Assembly (NCBI GenBank): GCA_008632985.1
Contig: QPGO01000142.1
Location: 62,001 to 126,000 of the forward strand
Direction: 5' to 3'
Source of the DNA: Psammoneis japonica
Taxonomy: Eukaryota
DNA: 64,000 nucleotides
The translations under genes and the position numbers were made by a program. Under the pieces are notes generated by a model, which did not search any database, had not been told where the DNA came from, and saw only the letters and a program-made list of their open reading frames with translations. Every line of letters starts with the position of its first letter. Position 1 is the first letter of the stretch. Shown here one piece after another: positions 61,402 to 64,000 of the stretch.

Positions 61402-62635
61402 ATGAGCTGGCTGACCGATTCCCCCGACTTAGAAACCCTGTCAAGGATGGTCTTGACACTCCTTACACTTGCCGTAACATGGTGGAGTCTGCCACTAGTG
61501 AAACGATTCTACCGTGTCAGATTTGACGCTTATCGGTTTTCGAGACTGCAGCTACGGACCCAACTTCCCGAAAACCTTCTACACCGTCATGGTGTTTTTG
61601 ATTCCTTTAGAGCTGCTTTGGAAGACCCGGATTTCAATACGGTGATGCTGTACGGTACTCGCGGTGCTGGAAAAACAACGGCGATCGAAAGTGTGTTACA
61701 AAAGCAAAGGGGAGTTGTGGCTTGGAGTCTCACGGCCAACACCTACGAATCTGCAACTGCCGAAATGAAGGAGTACTGGAAAGAATTGTTTGATCCTCTG
61801 GATAGAACTTTATGTAGAGGATGTATGCCTTCTTATATTGCACAAATACGGTCGTCCGCTAATTGTAGTGGTTTCCGTGGAAGCACAGGCAAAACCAACC
61901 GCACTGAGAAGTTTGTTGCATTTCTGCAAGGCAATGTCGTATAACACAAAATTCGTTCGATTCGTTGTGGATGTTGCGGCTTCTCGTGTCGCTCTGGACA
62001 TGAGAACAGATTTTGTGAAACTGCGACTGCGCAAGGTTTTAGTAGGTCCTTTGACGCTACCGGAAGCTCATTCCTTCTTGATGAAGCAGCTACCAGCGGG
62101 ATGGACTGATGTCCAGAAACAAACAGTATCGCAGGAGGTCACATCAAAACTTGGATGTGTTGTTCTTATTCTAACCGATATCTGCAAGGAATTTACTGAA
62201 GGAATGAGAACGGACGACTCGCTGAACATTGTGCGGAATACCCACAAAGCCAAAAAGACCCAAGTTTTTAATCGACTCAAAGAATTTGATTCTCTTGTGG
62301 CCACGAAGCTAGGGGAATTGCCAAACAAACCACCTGCTCCATCGTTCAAGACGGAAGGCGGTCTGGATGAAGAGGGCTTGGGAAAGCTCACAGGATATTT
62401 GACCTTCTCTGGGTTTATAAGGCTGATTGAAGAAATTGGATCACCCTACATCTTTGAAATCGACCCGTTCACTGAACAAGTGACATTAGGTGGTCCAGTT
62501 GTGAAGGAAGCTTTCATGGAGCATTATACGTTGCATAAAAAACTGTGCATTTTTGTTAGAGACGCTAAGTCTTACGTGACGAGAGCGCCCGGCCTAGTCA
62601 TGTCAGCCCCCAAATGTCTGCTGCTTCATCAATGA
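61402..62635 (+). CDS. P-loop NTPase with N-terminal TM segment, frameshift near 61800
   Basis: VMLYGTRGAGKTT Walker A; downstream PLIVVVSVE, RFVVDVA, VGPLTLPEAHSFL; normal CG/TA content. Confidence 0.65.
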
Positions 62636-62739
62636 ATTTTTGGTGCTGTATCTTGACCTCCTCGACGGTCCACGCCTCATTTTCGGCCACTTCACGTGTC
62701 GTAGGCCCTCCCCATCATTTTGTAGGCCCAAAAGATGCC

Positions 62740-64000
62740 CATCGTGAGGAAGGCATCACTTGGGCTGGGATGCTCCCCAAGGCCTGCAGCAGCCAGCACT
62801 TCTTTGGCTTGTGCTGTGGCTTTCTTCAGGTTCATTGTGGTGCCCCATGCTTGCATGGGGACCCCTCTGTGCAGAGGTCTACATGCATTTTTGCATGTGG
62901 CGCTGAAACATGAAGCCTGCATGCACAAAAGTGGCGCAGTTTCTGCTGCAAAAATCCAAAAAAAGCCTGGTTTGTGAGAGAAACACTGGAAGAAAATGCG
63001 TGCAGACTGCTGCAGTGGGTTCCCATGTGCACATGGGGTGCCATGACAAAGGTGGTCCAGCTGCTCTTCTGTGGGTGAGAGCCAAAAATCAAGAACTCCA
63101 GTGGCCGCTGACAAAACTGCATCTTGAAGTTGGCTTGGGACAAGTGCCCAAAAACATGCCAACAACCACAACAGTGGTGGTGGTGGAAGTGGGAGTCAGA
63201 GAGAGAGAGAGAGAGGGCAAATGAGCAATGCACAAGATGGGAAGTCATCTCAAGCAACATTCAAAAAACAACAACAGCGCAACAACGGTGCCCAAAAGCA
63301 CCTGCTTGGCATCAATGCGTGCATGCCCAACTTTTGTTGGGAGACTGTGCAAAGTTAAACCACCCATGTTGAGTGCTTTTGAGCAAAAGTGGCAACTTGG
63401 TCTGCTGATTGTCCACTCACAGGGGTCTGAACCACCAACCTGCTGCACAGCATGACTTGGTGCTCCTTGAGTGCACTCAAGTGGGTGCCCGATCATGGTC
63501 ACAATCTGTCGAGGTTCGCTGCACCCAAATTCTCAGGCCAGCACATCATCTCATCCAGCTTTTTTATCCAATGTTTTGGCTCCAGCTTTCTTGCAACCAT
63601 TGTCACATTTAGCAGTGAACATGTGGCATCCGTCTTTGGCCCAACAGATGGCAGTCGATGCAATGCCACATCTGCGATGAGCCCATCTTGTTTACATTTT
63701 CCAAATGCCAAGCCTGCGCAGTCAATGCTGCACTTCTCTTGAGCATTTCTGTTTTGCACAGTCAGGCATCAGATGTGCAACAAATGAAGAAAGAAGCAAC
63801 AAGCATGCTTGGTGCTGCACTTGTTGAGAACATCTGTGTTTGTCAGTCTGCTGTTGTCTTGTTGCAATGGAATCAGAGAGTCAGCCATGAGGGCTGCCGT
63901 CTCAGTGTGCACACCCCAAACAAACAAAAGAGATGCCACGGCTTGCCAATCTACATTGTTCAAAAACCCATTGATGCTGTTGACCTTGTTGAAACAAAAC
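62740..64000. other. Degenerate CpG/TpA-depleted domain running off the window
   Basis: TG/CA excess; (GA)n at ~63198-63215. Confidence 0.85.
63851..64000 (-). pseudogene. Hypermutated fragment of the P450 gene (copy of 58076-58225)
   Basis: Ungapped 150-nt alignment with 21 differences; GAYAETAALM becomes GVHTETAALM. Confidence 0.95.

Noticed and set aside
63851..64000. Classical fungal RIP or sequencing error as the cause of divergence
   Set aside because: RIP increases TpA rather than removing it; sequencing error would not give indel-free, context-specific transitions on both strands.

Overview
Eukaryotic nuclear DNA, most likely a pennate diatom (short GT-AG introns, an AEAF/ASAF-type plastid signal on a P450, a diatom-type Copia RT remnant). 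The window alternates between two sequence states. Gene islands have normal dinucleotide content and about 18 protein genes, including a DHX30-like helicase, RLP7, poly(A) polymerase, a MATE transporter, CtpA, uL24m, a P450, an ankyrin protein, a glycosyltransferase, an SLC35F-like transporter and secreted Pro/Thr-rich proteins. Degenerate domains (~1-1.8, 15.7-16.7, 18-29, 31.1-34.2, 39.9-40.5, 59.4-61.3, 62.7-64 kb) have lost almost all CpG and also almost all TpA, both converted to TpG/CpA. Two signals stand out. (1) A RIP-like two-signature hypermutation of repeats, directly visible by aligning a decayed P450 copy at 63851-64000 with the intact gene. (2) A ~145-nt circularly permuted tRNA-like RNA at 56153-56301 (-) with B box before A box, a closed acceptor stem, paired ends and a T-tract, resembling the topology of bacterial YrlA Y RNAs. 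Several genes between 44 and 62 kb carry frameshifts that are probably assembly indels. All counts were made by hand; no searches were run.
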